A DNA stretch of 41,401 bases from an uncultured Bacteroidales bacterium (GCA_903887815.1 CAISRK010000490.1:1-41401), one strand, 5' to 3'; positions 1 to 10,248 are shown, counted from the first letter of the stretch. The notes: generated from the sequence alone by a model not told the origin. Made by a program: numbers and translations.

Positions 1-245
1 AGGGGTTAGGATTTAGGGGTTAGGGTTGTGTCATTAATAAAGGATTAACTGATTAAAGCACATCGATCAACGATTTTAGATTTTAGATGTATATCGCTGA
101 TATATTATAACTTACAAAGTAATAAGTTTATAATTTCTGTTCGATATTCAACTGAAATTTCTCTAACAAAACTACGTTTGGGGTTTAGAATCTGACTGTA
201 ATGTTTTAATTTCTACATCCGACATCTAACATCCGACATCCCACA

Positions 246-1715
246 TTATTCCAGTTCCCACGTTGCTCCTTCTTTGGTGTCCTTGATAATTACACCGGCT
301 TTTGTCAGGGCATCGCGTAGGCGGTCGCTGCCAGCCCAGTCCTTGTTGGTGCGGGCTTCGATGCGTAAATCAAGAATGATCTGCACCAGGTTGCTTATTA
401 CGGCATTGCCTGCCTGAGGATCATTTTCGGGAAGTAAGCCAAGTATGTCGAAAACAAATGTATGCATAATTGTCCGAAGCAGGCTGATGTCATCGCCAGT
501 AAGATTTTCTTTTTTATCCGCCACCGAATTAACAATCCGTGCAACATCGAAAAGATGAGCAATAAGTATTGGACTGTTCAGGTCGTCGTTCATGGCCTCA
601 TAACACTTAGCCTGCACAGCCGGAATATCGACCGTTGATTGGTTTGCCGGGACCAGTTTTTCGAGCGTTACAATGCTTTTCATCAGGCGCTGGAATCCTT
701 TTTCGGATGCCTGTAAAGCTTCGTTACTGAAATCGAGCTGGCTGCGGTAATGTGCCTGGAGGATAAAGAAGCGCACTGTCATCGGGCTATAAGCTTTTTC
801 GAGTGAAGCATGACGACCTTCGAAAAACTCATCCAGTTGTATGAAATTCCCCAGCGACTTACCCATCTTCTGCCCGTTGATGGTGATCATATTGTTATGA
901 AGCCAGTACCTAGCTGGGGTTTTATGGTTGGCTACCGTACTTTGCGCTATTTCGCTTTCGTGATGAGGGAAAAGAAGGTCCATACCTCCGCCGTGAATAT
1001 CGAACTGCTCGCCAAGGTAGCGTGCACTCATAGCTGAGCATTCAAGATGCCAGCCGGGGAAACCGTCGCTCCAATCGGAAGGCCAGCGCATGATATGTTC
1101 GGGCTGTGCCTTTTTCCACAAGGCAAAATCGAAGCTGTTGCGTTTTTCGTCCTGTCCTTCCAGTTCACGGGTATTCGACAACAGATCCTCAAGCACTCGG
1201 CCCGAAAGGATTCCGTATTTATGCTCCTTGCTGTATTTTTCAACGTCGAAATAAACAGATCCCTGGCTGATGTAACCCATTCCTTCCTTCAGGATAGTTT
1301 TCACCATAGCAATCTGCTCGATAATATGCCCCGAGGCGCGGGGTTCTATACTCGGTTTCAGCACATTGAGTTTATCCATAGCTGAATGGTAGCGATCGGT
1401 AAAGTACTGCACCACTTCCATGGGTTCGAGTTGCTCGAGGCGTGCTTTTTTGGCAATTTTATCTTCGCCTTCGTCGGCATCGTTTTCGAGGTGACCTACG
1501 TCGGTGATATTGCGTACATAACGGACTTTGTAGCCAAGATGCTTCAGGTAACGGAATACCAGGTCAAAAGTAATAGCCGGCCGTGCATGCCCCAGATGGG
1601 CATCGCCGTAAACGGTAGGACCGCACACATACATACCGACATGAGGTGCATTGATTGGAATGAAAAGTTCCTTCTGGCGGGATAATGTATTGTATACGTA
1701 GAGGTTATTTTCCAT
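246..1715 (-). CDS. cysS: cysteine--tRNA ligase
   Basis: [12 protein letters not shown] (HIGH) motif, [34 protein letters not shown] (KMSKS-like) motif. Confidence 0.98.
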   Translation of the reverse strand: MENNLYVYNTLSRQKELFIPINAPHVGMYVCGPTVYGDAHLGHARPAITFDLVFRYLKHLGYKVRYVRNITDVGHLENDADEGEDKIAKKARLEQLEPMEVVQYFTDRYHSAMDKLNVLKPSIEPRASGHIIEQIAMVKTILKEGMGYISQGSVYFDVEKYSKEHKYGILSGRVLEDLLSNTRELEGQDEKRNSFDFALWKKAQPEHIMRWPSDWSDGFPGWHLECSAMSARYLGEQFDIHGGGMDLLFPHHESEIAQSTVANHKTPARYWLHNNMITINGQKMGKSLGNFIQLDEFFEGRHASLEKAYSPMTVRFFILQAHYRSQLDFSNEALQASEKGFQRLMKSIVTLEKLVPANQSTVDIPAVQAKCYEAMNDDLNSPILIAHLFDVARIVNSVADKKENLTGDDISLLRTIMHTFVFDILGLLPENDPQAGNAVISNLVQIILDLRIEARTNKDWAGSDRLRDALTKAGVIIKDTKEGATWELE

Positions 1716-1786
1716 GCTTAAAAATTAGCAAGGTGCAAAGGTAGAGAAATTAGGGAAGTAAAATAAAATGAAGGTTTAAGCAGGAA

Positions 1787-3256
1787 CTACACTCCTAAAT
1801 GAGGGTTTACGTCACGCACTTCAACAGGAGCAAGTTGTTTCGCCGAATTGTTCCATACCAGGAACCATACCATAAGTACTAAGCCAATGCATATGCCTGA
1901 AACCTGCCCGTAGAAAGTATTGATTTCAAATCCTTCGGGAGCCACAAGTATATAAGCTGTTACTACAGCCGACATAAATACAGCCGGTATTAATGATATC
2001 CAGTATAATTTGTGCTCTGTGGCAAGATAAATAGTGATTGCCCATAGCACAATGGTTGCCAGGGTTTGGTTCGACCAGGCCATATATCGCCATATAATAG
2101 CAAAGTCGATCTGTGTAAGCAAAAATCCAATTATAAATAACGGGGTTGTGAGTATCAGCCTGTTTATTATACTTTTTTGTTCAAATTTGAAAAAATCGGC
2201 GACAATCAATCTGGCACTTCGGAAAGCGGTATCACCTGAAGTAATGGGAGCGGCAACAACGCCCAGTATGGCAAGTACGGCTCCAAAACGACCCAGAAGA
2301 GTATTCGAAATTTCGTTTACTATCCAGGCAGCATTCCCTTTCTGTAATGCTAAAACATCATTCAGTTCTCTTACGCCGCCAAAGAAACTCATGGCAACGG
2401 CAGCCCAAATCAACGCAACCAATCCTTCGGTTATCATCGCTCCGTAAAATACACGGCGACCATATTTTTCTGTTGTCATGCACCGGGCCATTAAAGGGGA
2501 TTGAGTAGAATGGAATCCCGATATTGCGCCACAAGCAATGGTCACAAAAAGCATAGGAAATATCGGGAATTTGCCAGGATTGGCATTCATATTTATAAAA
2601 TTAGCTGGAATCAGTTCAGGAATAGGTAAGCCATTTATAATCATGGTTCCTCCAATGCCGACAGCCATAAAAAGCATGGCAAAGCCGAAAAATGGGTAAA
2701 TCCTTCCAATAAGTTTATCAATTGGCAACATAGTAGCCAACACATAGTAGATAAATATAATTGTAGCCCAGGCGGTTACATTCACATAACCAGGCGTGAG
2801 CCCCGAAAGTATTTTAGCCGGTCCCATAATAAAAACAGCGCCAACAAGCATCATCATTGCAACTGTAAACAGGCTCATAAAGCGCTTTACACCTTCGCCC
2901 ATATATTTCCCGACAATGGCATGAATACTAAGCCCGTTCATTCGCAGCGACATCATCCCTGCCATAAAATCGTGAACTGCCCCGGCAAAAATAGCCCCGA
3001 AAACGATCCATACAAAAGCAACCGGCCCCCAGACAGCACCGGCAATTGCACCGAAAATCGGACCTAATCCGGCAATGTTCAGAAACTGGATAAGGAAGAT
3101 CTTGCTCCATCTCAAAGGAACATAATCAACACCATCAGCCATCGTGGTAGCAGGTGTTGGTCGTGAAGGGTCAATGCCGAAGGCTTTTTCTACGAAAGTT
3201 CCGTAAATAATGTAGCCTAATACGAGTGCAACAATTGATAAGAGGAAAGTAATCAT
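1787..3256 (-). CDS. cstA: carbon starvation CstA-family membrane transporter
   Basis: DGVDYVP, QFLNIAGLGPIFG, TIACGAISGFHSTQSP motifs, many TM helices. Start moved from the ORF-track 3403 to ATG 3256 (MITFLL), just downstream of a minus-strand TATTTTTG box at 3272-3279. Confidence 0.9.
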   Translation of the reverse strand: MITFLLSIVALVLGYIIYGTFVEKAFGIDPSRPTPATTMADGVDYVPLRWSKIFLIQFLNIAGLGPIFGAIAGAVWGPVAFVWIVFGAIFAGAVHDFMAGMMSLRMNGLSIHAIVGKYMGEGVKRFMSLFTVAMMMLVGAVFIMGPAKILSGLTPGYVNVTAWATIIFIYYVLATMLPIDKLIGRIYPFFGFAMLFMAVGIGGTMIINGLPIPELIPANFINMNANPGKFPIFPMLFVTIACGAISGFHSTQSPLMARCMTTEKYGRRVFYGAMITEGLVALIWAAVAMSFFGGVRELNDVLALQKGNAAWIVNEISNTLLGRFGAVLAILGVVAAPITSGDTAFRSARLIVADFFKFEQKSIINRLILTTPLFIIGFLLTQIDFAIIWRYMAWSNQTLATIVLWAITIYLATEHKLYWISLIPAVFMSAVVTAYILVAPEGFEINTFYGQVSGICIGLVLMVWFLVWNNSAKQLAPVEVRDVNPHLGV

Positions 3257-3357
3257 ACAGCTTGTTTTGTGCAAAAATACGGGTTGCATATTGAAAGCAG
3301 CTATAAACCAGCATAAAATTTGAACTTTATTTTTAAAACCGGTATTTGTATCAGGAT

Positions 3358-3396
3358 AATGTATATTTTTGCATCCCAATTGTATATTTATACATG
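3358..3396 (+). promoter_or_regulatory. tandem ARG boxes (ArgR operator) overlapping the argR promoter and start codon
   Basis: AATGTATATTTTTGCATC (3358-3375), 3-bp spacer, ATTGTATATTTATACATG (3379-3396). Matches the TGnATAwwwATnCA core in the classic 18+3+18 arrangement; box 1 contains TATTTTTG (3364-3371). Confidence 0.85.
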
Positions 3397-3873
3397 AGCA
3401 CAAAGATAGATCGTCACAACCAGATTAAAAAGATTATACGCAACAACAAAATGGCCGGGCAAGAAGAACTTTTAGAATCCTTGCGGAAAGAGGGGTTTGA
3501 ACTCACGCAAGCCACGCTTTCGCGTGATTTGAAAGAGATGCGGGTTAGTAAACTTGCTGATCCGGTAAAGGGAAGTGTATTTGTATTGCACGAACAGCTA
3601 AAGCAAAACAATCAACAGGCCACCATTCCCCTTATTCCTGTTAACAGTGTAATTTCGGTTGTTTTCTCCTACCATTTATGCGTTGTTCGAACGTTCCCTT
3701 CTTTTGCCTCTACCGTAGCTAATTATATCGACAGTTCACAACTTGCTGAAATAGCAGGAACCGTTGCCGGCGACGACACCATACTTGTAATACCGCGCGA
3801 AGGATACACTCAAAAAGAAATACTGAAAGCATTGGGATCGGTTATCCCTGAAATAGAAACCAGGCTGGATTAA
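3394..3873 (+). CDS. argR: arginine repressor ArgR
   Basis: QEELLESL..EGFELTQATLSRDLKEM wHTH and GTVAGDDT arginine-binding motif; start taken as ATG 3394 (MSTKIDRH). Confidence 0.95.
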   Translation: MSTKIDRHNQIKKIIRNNKMAGQEELLESLRKEGFELTQATLSRDLKEMRVSKLADPVKGSVFVLHEQLKQNNQQATIPLIPVNSVISVVFSYHLCVVRTFPSFASTVANYIDSSQLAEIAGTVAGDDTILVIPREGYTQKEILKALGSVIPEIETRLD

Positions 3874-3924
3874 TCCTCGATCCCCAACCGGCAGAATCCT
3901 CAAAACATTTAATCACAAACCAGG

Positions 3925-4629
3925 ATGAGTAACATTAAAGTGGCTGTCGCCACTCCAACAGATATTATATATGTTTCACAGATTCTTCAAACCATTGAAG
4001 ATTCGGCTAAAGTACGCGGAACCGGTATTGCCAAGCGCAAACCCGAATATATTGTTGAAAAAATAATACAGGGTAAAGCCATACTTGCTACCAGCGACGA
4101 TACATTTGTTGGCTTCTGTTATGTTGAAAGCTGGGGGAATAAAAAATTTGTGGCTAATTCCGGGCTTATTGTAAGACCCGAATACCGTGGCCATGGTGTT
4201 GCAAAGGATATAAAACGAGCTGCTTTTCAACTTTCGAGGCAAATGTTTCCCGACGCCCAGATCTTTGGATTGACCACAGCCCTGGCCGTAATGAAAATCA
4301 ACAGCGAATTGGGATACAGGCCCGTAACCTTCAGCGAACTTACCAACGATGATTCGTTCTGGAAAGGCTGCCAGTCGTGCGTAAACTACGATATACTTAC
4401 CCGGACCGAGCGCAAACATTGCCTGTGCACCGGCATGCTCTACAAGCCGGAATGGGAAAAACAGGGCGTTCACGAAACCAAAGAACCCGAAACCCTGGTG
4501 TACCCGCTCCCCGTTTACGACAGGTGGATGAAATTCAAACAATTTGTTTTGCTGCGGCTCCTGAACATAAAAAATGGCGGATCATCGGGAAAGCCGGGGG
4601 AAAGAAAGAAAATATTTACATTCTTTTAA
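3925..4629 (+). CDS. GNAT-family N-acyltransferase, probable Bacteroidota-type N-acetyl/succinyl-glutamate synthase (ArgA function)
   Basis: SAKVRGTGIAKR, VANSGLIVRPEYRGHGVA acyl-CoA motif, FWKGCQSCVNYDIL..CLCTGMLY; position between argR and argG. Confidence 0.8.
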   Translation: MSNIKVAVATPTDIIYVSQILQTIEDSAKVRGTGIAKRKPEYIVEKIIQGKAILATSDDTFVGFCYVESWGNKKFVANSGLIVRPEYRGHGVAKDIKRAAFQLSRQMFPDAQIFGLTTALAVMKINSELGYRPVTFSELTNDDSFWKGCQSCVNYDILTRTERKHCLCTGMLYKPEWEKQGVHETKEPETLVYPLPVYDRWMKFKQFVLLRLLNIKNGGSSGKPGERKKIFTFF

Positions 4630-4718
4630 TCTCGTTCCGGTTAACAGTTTAAACGCTATATAACAAAAGCGAAACAAATGACATTCCAAACGCCGAATAA
4701 AAAGATATATAAAATATA

Positions 4719-5918
4719 ATGAAAGAAAAAGCAGTACTAGCATTCAGCGGAGGATTAGACACATCATTCTGCACCAGGCACTTAACAATTGACCGGGGAT
4801 TTGAGGTTCATACAGCTATAGTTAATACGGGAGGTTTTTCGGAAACGGAACTGGAGTTAATCGGTCAGCGGGCCATACAGCTTGGCGCTACATCGCATGT
4901 TGCACTCAATGTTGAGGATGAATATTACCTGAAATGCATCCGGTATATGATCTACGGGAACATGCTGAAAAACGGAACCTATCCGCTGTCCGTCAGTTCC
5001 GAAAGGACTTTCCAGGCCCTGGCAATAGCTCAGTATGCCGTTGAAATCGGCGCTAAATATATTGTTCACGGTTCAACAGGCGCCGGTAACGACCAGGTCC
5101 GTTTCGACCTTGTTTTCAACATTATTGCACCCGGCATTGAAATCATAACACCTATCCGCGATTTGCAGCTTTCGCGCGAAGCCGAAATAGATTACCTCAA
5201 GAAACAGGGGTTTGAAGCAGACTGGAAAAAGCTTGAATACAGCATAAACAAGGGCCTCTGGGGAACAAGTGTAGGTGGCAAGGAAACACTGTCGTCACAT
5301 TTGCCTTTGCCTGAGGCTGCCTATCCTTCGCTACTGAAAAAAGAAGGCGAAGAAACACTGACATTGACCTTCGATAAAGGAGAGGTAACCCATGTAAATG
5401 GTGTAGGCTACTCAAAAACGGATGCAATCCGGAAAATTGAGGAGCTTGGTTCGGCTTATGCAGTCGGGCGCGATATGCATATCGGTGACACCATCATCGG
5501 GATCAAAGGCCGTGTTGGGTTTGAGGCAGCAGCTCCCATGATCATTATTAAAGCACATCATGCCCTCGAAAAACATGTATTAACCAAATGGCAGCAATAC
5601 TGGAAAGAACAGCTGGCCAGCTGGTACGGAATGCTTCTGCACGAAGGCCAGTACCTCGATCCGGTGATGCGGAATATCGAAAAATTCCTCAAAGATTCGC
5701 AGCAAAACGTTACAGGCGAGGTATATGTGCGCTTGAATCCTTACCGGTTCAATATTGATGGTATCCGCAGCGACTATGATCTGATGAATGCCGGTTTCGG
5801 CCAATATGGCGAAATGAACGAAGGCTGGAGCGCCGGCGACGTGAAAGGATTCACCAAAATACTCGGCAACCAGCTGAAGATCCACCGGTTTGTGCAGGAT
5901 AAAAACAGGAAGGCATAA
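4719..5918 (+). CDS. argG: argininosuccinate synthase
   Basis: LAFSGGLDTS PP-loop, HGSTGAGNDQVRF, GIKGRVGFEA. Confidence 0.97.
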   Translation: MKEKAVLAFSGGLDTSFCTRHLTIDRGFEVHTAIVNTGGFSETELELIGQRAIQLGATSHVALNVEDEYYLKCIRYMIYGNMLKNGTYPLSVSSERTFQALAIAQYAVEIGAKYIVHGSTGAGNDQVRFDLVFNIIAPGIEIITPIRDLQLSREAEIDYLKKQGFEADWKKLEYSINKGLWGTSVGGKETLSSHLPLPEAAYPSLLKKEGEETLTLTFDKGEVTHVNGVGYSKTDAIRKIEELGSAYAVGRDMHIGDTIIGIKGRVGFEAAAPMIIIKAHHALEKHVLTKWQQYWKEQLASWYGMLLHEGQYLDPVMRNIEKFLKDSQQNVTGEVYVRLNPYRFNIDGIRSDYDLMNAGFGQYGEMNEGWSAGDVKGFTKILGNQLKIHRFVQDKNRKA

Positions 5919-5969
5919 GCAGGAAACTGATTTCAATTGAGAATCTGCTACCTATGATCTTCAATATAA

Positions 5970-6082
5970 AAGAATATCAATTAACGATTAACGATTTTAG
6001 ATTTTAGAAGAAGGCACATGTTCTGTCAGAAATTCACTTCAAAAATCGCCAATCGCCAATCCTTGTTCTTAAATCAAAAAAT
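5970..6082. repeat. ~110-bp imperfect inverted-repeat intergenic element with heptamer-periodic arms (copy A)
   Basis: AAGAATATCAATTAACGATTAACGATTTTAGATTTTAGAAG ... CTTCAAAAATCGCCAATCGCCAATCCTTGTTCTTAAATCAAAAAAT; both arms are shared with 11623-11738. Confidence 0.75.
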
Positions 6083-6123
6083 CAATTCACACAATTTAGC
6101 CTGATTAATAACAATTCCAACAT

Positions 6124-7101
6124 TTGAAACCGACAGACAATAAAATACGTGTAGCAATCGAAGGGGCGGCCGGTTATACAGCCGGCGAACTGCTGCGTAT
6201 CCTCCTTTTCCATCCTTTGGCGGAAGTAAAATATGTGCACAGCGACAGCCATGCAGGAAAACCTTTTTATACCGTTCATAAGGATCTGTTGGGTGAAACA
6301 GAACTTGTTTTCAGCGAAATAAACTTTGACGATACCGATGTAGTATTTTTATGTAAGGGGCATGGGCAGAGCGTAAAATTCATGCAGCAAACCAACCTTC
6401 CTGATCGTGTAAAAGTCATTGACCTTTCGACTGATTTCCGCGATGAAAGCGAGGGTTTTGTTTACGGTTTGCCCGAATTGCAGCGCGAAAAAATTAAAAC
6501 GGCCAGGTTTATCTCAAATCCCGGCTGTTTTGCAACTTCTATCGAACTGGCTTTGCTGCCGCTTGCTGCCGCCGGTCTGCTTACTGCCGAAGTTCATATT
6601 ACTTCCATAACCGGATCGACCGGGGCCGGTCAATCACCGTCCGAAACTACCCATTTCAGCTGGCGCAATAATAATGTTTCGGTCTACAAACCATTCCGCC
6701 ACCAGCATCTGAAAGAAATCGGCATGTGCATCAATAAGCTGCAGCAGTCGTTTGACAAAGCTGTAAACCTGGTTCCGGTCAGGGGTAATTTCACGCGGGG
6801 TATCCTTACAAGTTGTTATACCGCTTGTAATTCAAGCCAGGCTGAAATTGACACACTCTACAGCGAATTTTATAAAAACCATCCTTTTACAGTGATCAGC
6901 CCAGAAAACCCTGATCTGAAACAGGTTGTAAATACCAACAAGTGCATACTTTATCTCGAACGTTTTGAGGACAAACTTTACATAATCAGCCTGATCGACA
7001 ACCTGGTCAAAGGCGCTTCCGGGCAGGCTGTGCAGAATATGAACCTTGTGTTCGGATTTCCAGAAGATGCCGGGCTGCATTTGAAGTCAACTGGGTTTTA
7101 A
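6124..7101 (+). CDS. argC: N-acetyl-gamma-glutamyl-phosphate reductase
   Basis: GAAGYTAGEL nucleotide-binding motif, ISNPGCFAT catalytic Cys, DNLVKGASGQAVQNMN; TTG start. Confidence 0.96.
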   Translation: MKPTDNKIRVAIEGAAGYTAGELLRILLFHPLAEVKYVHSDSHAGKPFYTVHKDLLGETELVFSEINFDDTDVVFLCKGHGQSVKFMQQTNLPDRVKVIDLSTDFRDESEGFVYGLPELQREKIKTARFISNPGCFATSIELALLPLAAAGLLTAEVHITSITGSTGAGQSPSETTHFSWRNNNVSVYKPFRHQHLKEIGMCINKLQQSFDKAVNLVPVRGNFTRGILTSCYTACNSSQAEIDTLYSEFYKNHPFTVISPENPDLKQVVNTNKCILYLERFEDKLYIISLIDNLVKGASGQAVQNMNLVFGFPEDAGLHLKSTGF

Positions 7102-7178
7102 CCTGTTCATATTCTCTATATTAACTAACTTTTTGCAATCAACATCAACATACTTTACCGATTACCCAAAACTATAAA

Positions 7179-8318
7179 ATGAAACTCTTCGATGTTTACC
7201 CTCTTTTTGATATTGAACCTGTTAAGGCAATCGGCAGTCGCATCCTCGACAGCAATGGCACCCAATACATGGATTTCTACGGTGGCCATGCCGTCATTTC
7301 TATCGGGCATTCACATCCGGAATATATTAAAGCCATAACCAACCAGCTGAATAAAATTGCTTTTTACAGCAATTCGGTCATCATCAGCCTGCAGCAGGAA
7401 TTGGCAGATAAACTGGGGCAGTTGTCGGGATATCCCGATTATTCACTGTTTCTGTGTAATTCGGGTGCCGAAGCCAACGAAAACGCGTTAAAGCTTGCAT
7501 CGTTTACCAACAAACGCAGCAAGGTAATTGCGTTTAAACAGGCATTTCACGGCCGTACCTCAGGGGCAGTGGCCTGTACCGATAATCCTTCCATAATTGC
7601 GCCTTTCAACGCTAATCACAAAGTGGAATTTATCGAACGGTTTGATATAAATGCTGCCAGGCTCTCCATCGAAAAAGGAGATGTGTCGGCTGTTATCATC
7701 GAAGGGATCCAGGGTGTAGGCGGGATTTATGTTCCGGAACCGGATTTTCTCGTGGAATTAGAGGCTATATGTAAGCAAAACGGAACTTTCCTTATCCTGG
7801 ATGAGATTCAGAGCGGTTATGGACGCAGCGGTAAATTTTTCGCTCACCAGTATTCTTCCGTAAGGCCCGATATCATTACCGTCGCCAAAGGAATGGGAAA
7901 CGGTTTCCCGATCGGAGGCGTACTTATCAGCCCTGTTTTCGAATCGTGGTATGGGATGCTTGGCACTACTTTTGGCGGAAACCATCTTGCCTGTGCTGCT
8001 GCCAAAGCGGTACTGGATGTGATTGAAGAAGAAAACCTGGTCGAAAATGCAGCCATCGTTGGCAAATACCTGGCTGACCGCTCAAAAAACCTGAAAGGCC
8101 TGAAAGAAACCCGTGGAATCGGTTTGATGATCGGGCTGGAATTCGAATTTGACATTACCCAGCTCCGCAAGGATTTGCTCTTTCAGCACAAAATATTTAC
8201 CGGCTACAGCGGGAAAAACACACTTCGCCTGTTGCCTCCGCTGAGCATTAACAAAAATGATGTGGATACGCTGATTACTGCCCTCGAAGCAATCCTGAAC
8301 CAAACCAAAAGCGCATAA
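7179..8318 (+). CDS. argD: acetylornithine/succinylornithine aminotransferase (class III PLP)
   Basis: NSGAEANE, FHGRT, DEIQSGYGRSG, AKGMGNGFPIG, GTTFGGN; located in the arg cluster. Confidence 0.93.
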   Translation: MKLFDVYPLFDIEPVKAIGSRILDSNGTQYMDFYGGHAVISIGHSHPEYIKAITNQLNKIAFYSNSVIISLQQELADKLGQLSGYPDYSLFLCNSGAEANENALKLASFTNKRSKVIAFKQAFHGRTSGAVACTDNPSIIAPFNANHKVEFIERFDINAARLSIEKGDVSAVIIEGIQGVGGIYVPEPDFLVELEAICKQNGTFLILDEIQSGYGRSGKFFAHQYSSVRPDIITVAKGMGNGFPIGGVLISPVFESWYGMLGTTFGGNHLACAAAKAVLDVIEEENLVENAAIVGKYLADRSKNLKGLKETRGIGLMIGLEFEFDITQLRKDLLFQHKIFTGYSGKNTLRLLPPLSINKNDVDTLITALEAILNQTKSA

Positions 8319-9104
8319 ATGACAGAAATCCAGAAAAAAACACTTTCGGTTGTTAAAGTCGGAGGCGCAGTCCTTGAAGATGTGTCAAGTCTTGCCGTAT
8401 TCCTCGACCGCTTTGTCGCTTTGCCCGGGCTTAAGATCCTGGTCCACGGCGGAGGCCGGGTGGCGACAAAACTCTCCGAACAGTTAAACATAGTGAGTAA
8501 AATGGTTGAGGGCCGCAGGATTACCGATGCCAACACCCTCGATGTTGTGACTATGGTTTATGGCGGGCTGATCAATAAAAAAACTGTGGCGGCTCTTCAG
8601 GCAAGGGGTTGCAATGCAGGTGGTTTTACTGGTGGGGATATGAACCTGATCAGTGCGGATAAGCGTCCTGTTAAAGATATTGATTATGGTTTTGCAGGAG
8701 ACGTTAACAGTGTCAATCAGGAGGCATTCGCGCTTCTGCTGAATAATGGAATTACTCCTGTCATTGCCCCTCTGACGCACGATGGCAAAGGTCAGTTGCT
8801 CAATACAAATGCCGACACCATAGCTTCGGAGATTGCAGGTGTATTGTCAAATCTTTTCTCTGTTTCCCTGGTTTTCTGCTTCGAGAAACCCGGCGTATTA
8901 TCCGATGCAAACGATGAAAATTCGGTAATACCTGAACTTACTCTAACATCTTATCAATCATACAAAGAGAAGGCAATTATCCATTCAGGGATGATCCCTA
9001 AATTGGATAACAGTTTCGATGCGCTTCGAAAAGGCGTGAAACAGGTAATAATAACAAGCGCATCAACCCTCGACATACATTCAGGAACACGAATTTCATT
9101 ATGA
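8319..9104 (+). CDS. argB: acetylglutamate kinase
   Basis: VVKVGG, LVHGGG, GRRITD, LNTNADT, GMIPKL. Confidence 0.96.
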   Translation: MTEIQKKTLSVVKVGGAVLEDVSSLAVFLDRFVALPGLKILVHGGGRVATKLSEQLNIVSKMVEGRRITDANTLDVVTMVYGGLINKKTVAALQARGCNAGGFTGGDMNLISADKRPVKDIDYGFAGDVNSVNQEAFALLLNNGITPVIAPLTHDGKGQLLNTNADTIASEIAGVLSNLFSVSLVFCFEKPGVLSDANDENSVIPELTLTSYQSYKEKAIIHSGMIPKLDNSFDALRKGVKQVIITSASTLDIHSGTRISL

Positions 9105-10162
9105 AAGAACAATTATATACCGAAGCCTTTGACGTTCTGAAAGGACTTATCCGGATTCCTTCGTTCAGCAAAGAAGAAAATCTGACTGCAGACCTTATCC
9201 AAAAGTATCTGGAAAGCAAAGGGCAGAAATGCCACAGGCACCTGAATAATGTATGGGTGGTCCATCCAGATTTTCAGCCCGGCCGCCCGACCCTGCTGCT
9301 TAATTCGCACCACGATACCGTAAAACCTACAAGTTCATGGACCCTGGATCCCTTTACACCCACCGAAAAGGATGGAAAGCTGATAGGGCTGGGAAGCAAC
9401 GATGCCGGAGGTCCATTGGTTTCGCTGATGGCAACGTTTTTATACTTTGCACAAAAACCTTCGCTGAAATGGAACCTGATTTATGCAGCTACGGCTGAAG
9501 AAGAAATTTCGGGCCATCATGGAATTGAATCGATAAAAGATCAGATAGAGCCGATCAGCCTTGCCATTGTGGGCGAACCAACTACAATGGAACTTGCCGT
9601 AGCCGAAAAAGGGCTTATGGTTCTCGACTGCAAAGCTTCCGGAAGGCCGGGTCATGCAGCACGCGAAGAAGGCGAAAATGCAATCTACAACGCTCTTCCC
9701 GATATGGAATGGATACGCACCTTCCGGTTTCCCAAGGTATCCGATGTTCTCGGCCCGGTTAAAATGAGTGTTACCCAGGTGAAGGCCGGTTACCAGCACA
9801 ACCTGGTTCCGGATGTGTGCGAGTTTGTGGTCGACGTCCGTCCGAACGAACATTACAGCAATGCCGAAACCCTCGAAATAATCCGCCAGAATGTAAAATG
9901 TGAAGTTACGGCCCGGTCGCTGAGGCTGAATTCTTCTTCTATCCCTTTGGATCATCCGCTGGTAAAAATTGCCCGCGAAATGAATATCAACTGTTACGGA
10001 TCACCCACCAGCAGCGACCAGGCAGTTATGCCCTGGACATCGGTCAAAATGGGGCCTGGCGATTCAGCCCGGTCGCATACAGCCGATGAGTGCATCTATC
10101 CCTCGGAAATCAGGAATGGCATTGATCTTTACATCGAAATTCTCGAAAAACTGAAACTCTGA
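9101..10162 (+). CDS. argE: M20-family deacylase (ArgE-like acetylornithine/succinylcitrulline deacylase)
   Basis: NSHHDTV, GLGSNDAGG, AEEE, GEPT, SHTADE metal-binding motifs; ATGA overlap with argB. Confidence 0.85.
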   Translation: MKEQLYTEAFDVLKGLIRIPSFSKEENLTADLIQKYLESKGQKCHRHLNNVWVVHPDFQPGRPTLLLNSHHDTVKPTSSWTLDPFTPTEKDGKLIGLGSNDAGGPLVSLMATFLYFAQKPSLKWNLIYAATAEEEISGHHGIESIKDQIEPISLAIVGEPTTMELAVAEKGLMVLDCKASGRPGHAAREEGENAIYNALPDMEWIRTFRFPKVSDVLGPVKMSVTQVKAGYQHNLVPDVCEFVVDVRPNEHYSNAETLEIIRQNVKCEVTARSLRLNSSSIPLDHPLVKIAREMNINCYGSPTSSDQAVMPWTSVKMGPGDSARSHTADECIYPSEIRNGIDLYIEILEKLKL

Positions 10163-10179
10163 TACTTTGAAAACATTTC

Positions 10180-10248
10180 GTCCCTCACGGGACTTATGAA
10201 AACTGATGATTGCTTTGAATTCTACTAATATTAAGTCCCTACGGGACT
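10180..10248. repeat. REP-like doublet of GTCCCT(C)ACGGGAC hairpins
   Basis: GTCCCTCACGGGAC (10180-10193) and AGTCCCTACGGGACT (10234-10248) in the argE-argH spacer. Confidence 0.7.

Noticed and set aside
3284-3299. Third ARG box next to the cstA promoter (TTGCATATTGAAAGCA)
   Set aside because: Only one half-site matches and the spacing is wrong.
3257-3403. N-terminal extensions of cstA and argR in the ORF track
   Set aside because: They overlap each other, the promoters and the ARG boxes; family-like sequence starts at the downstream ATGs. The same applies to the extensions of mutY, ssb and the T9SS gene.
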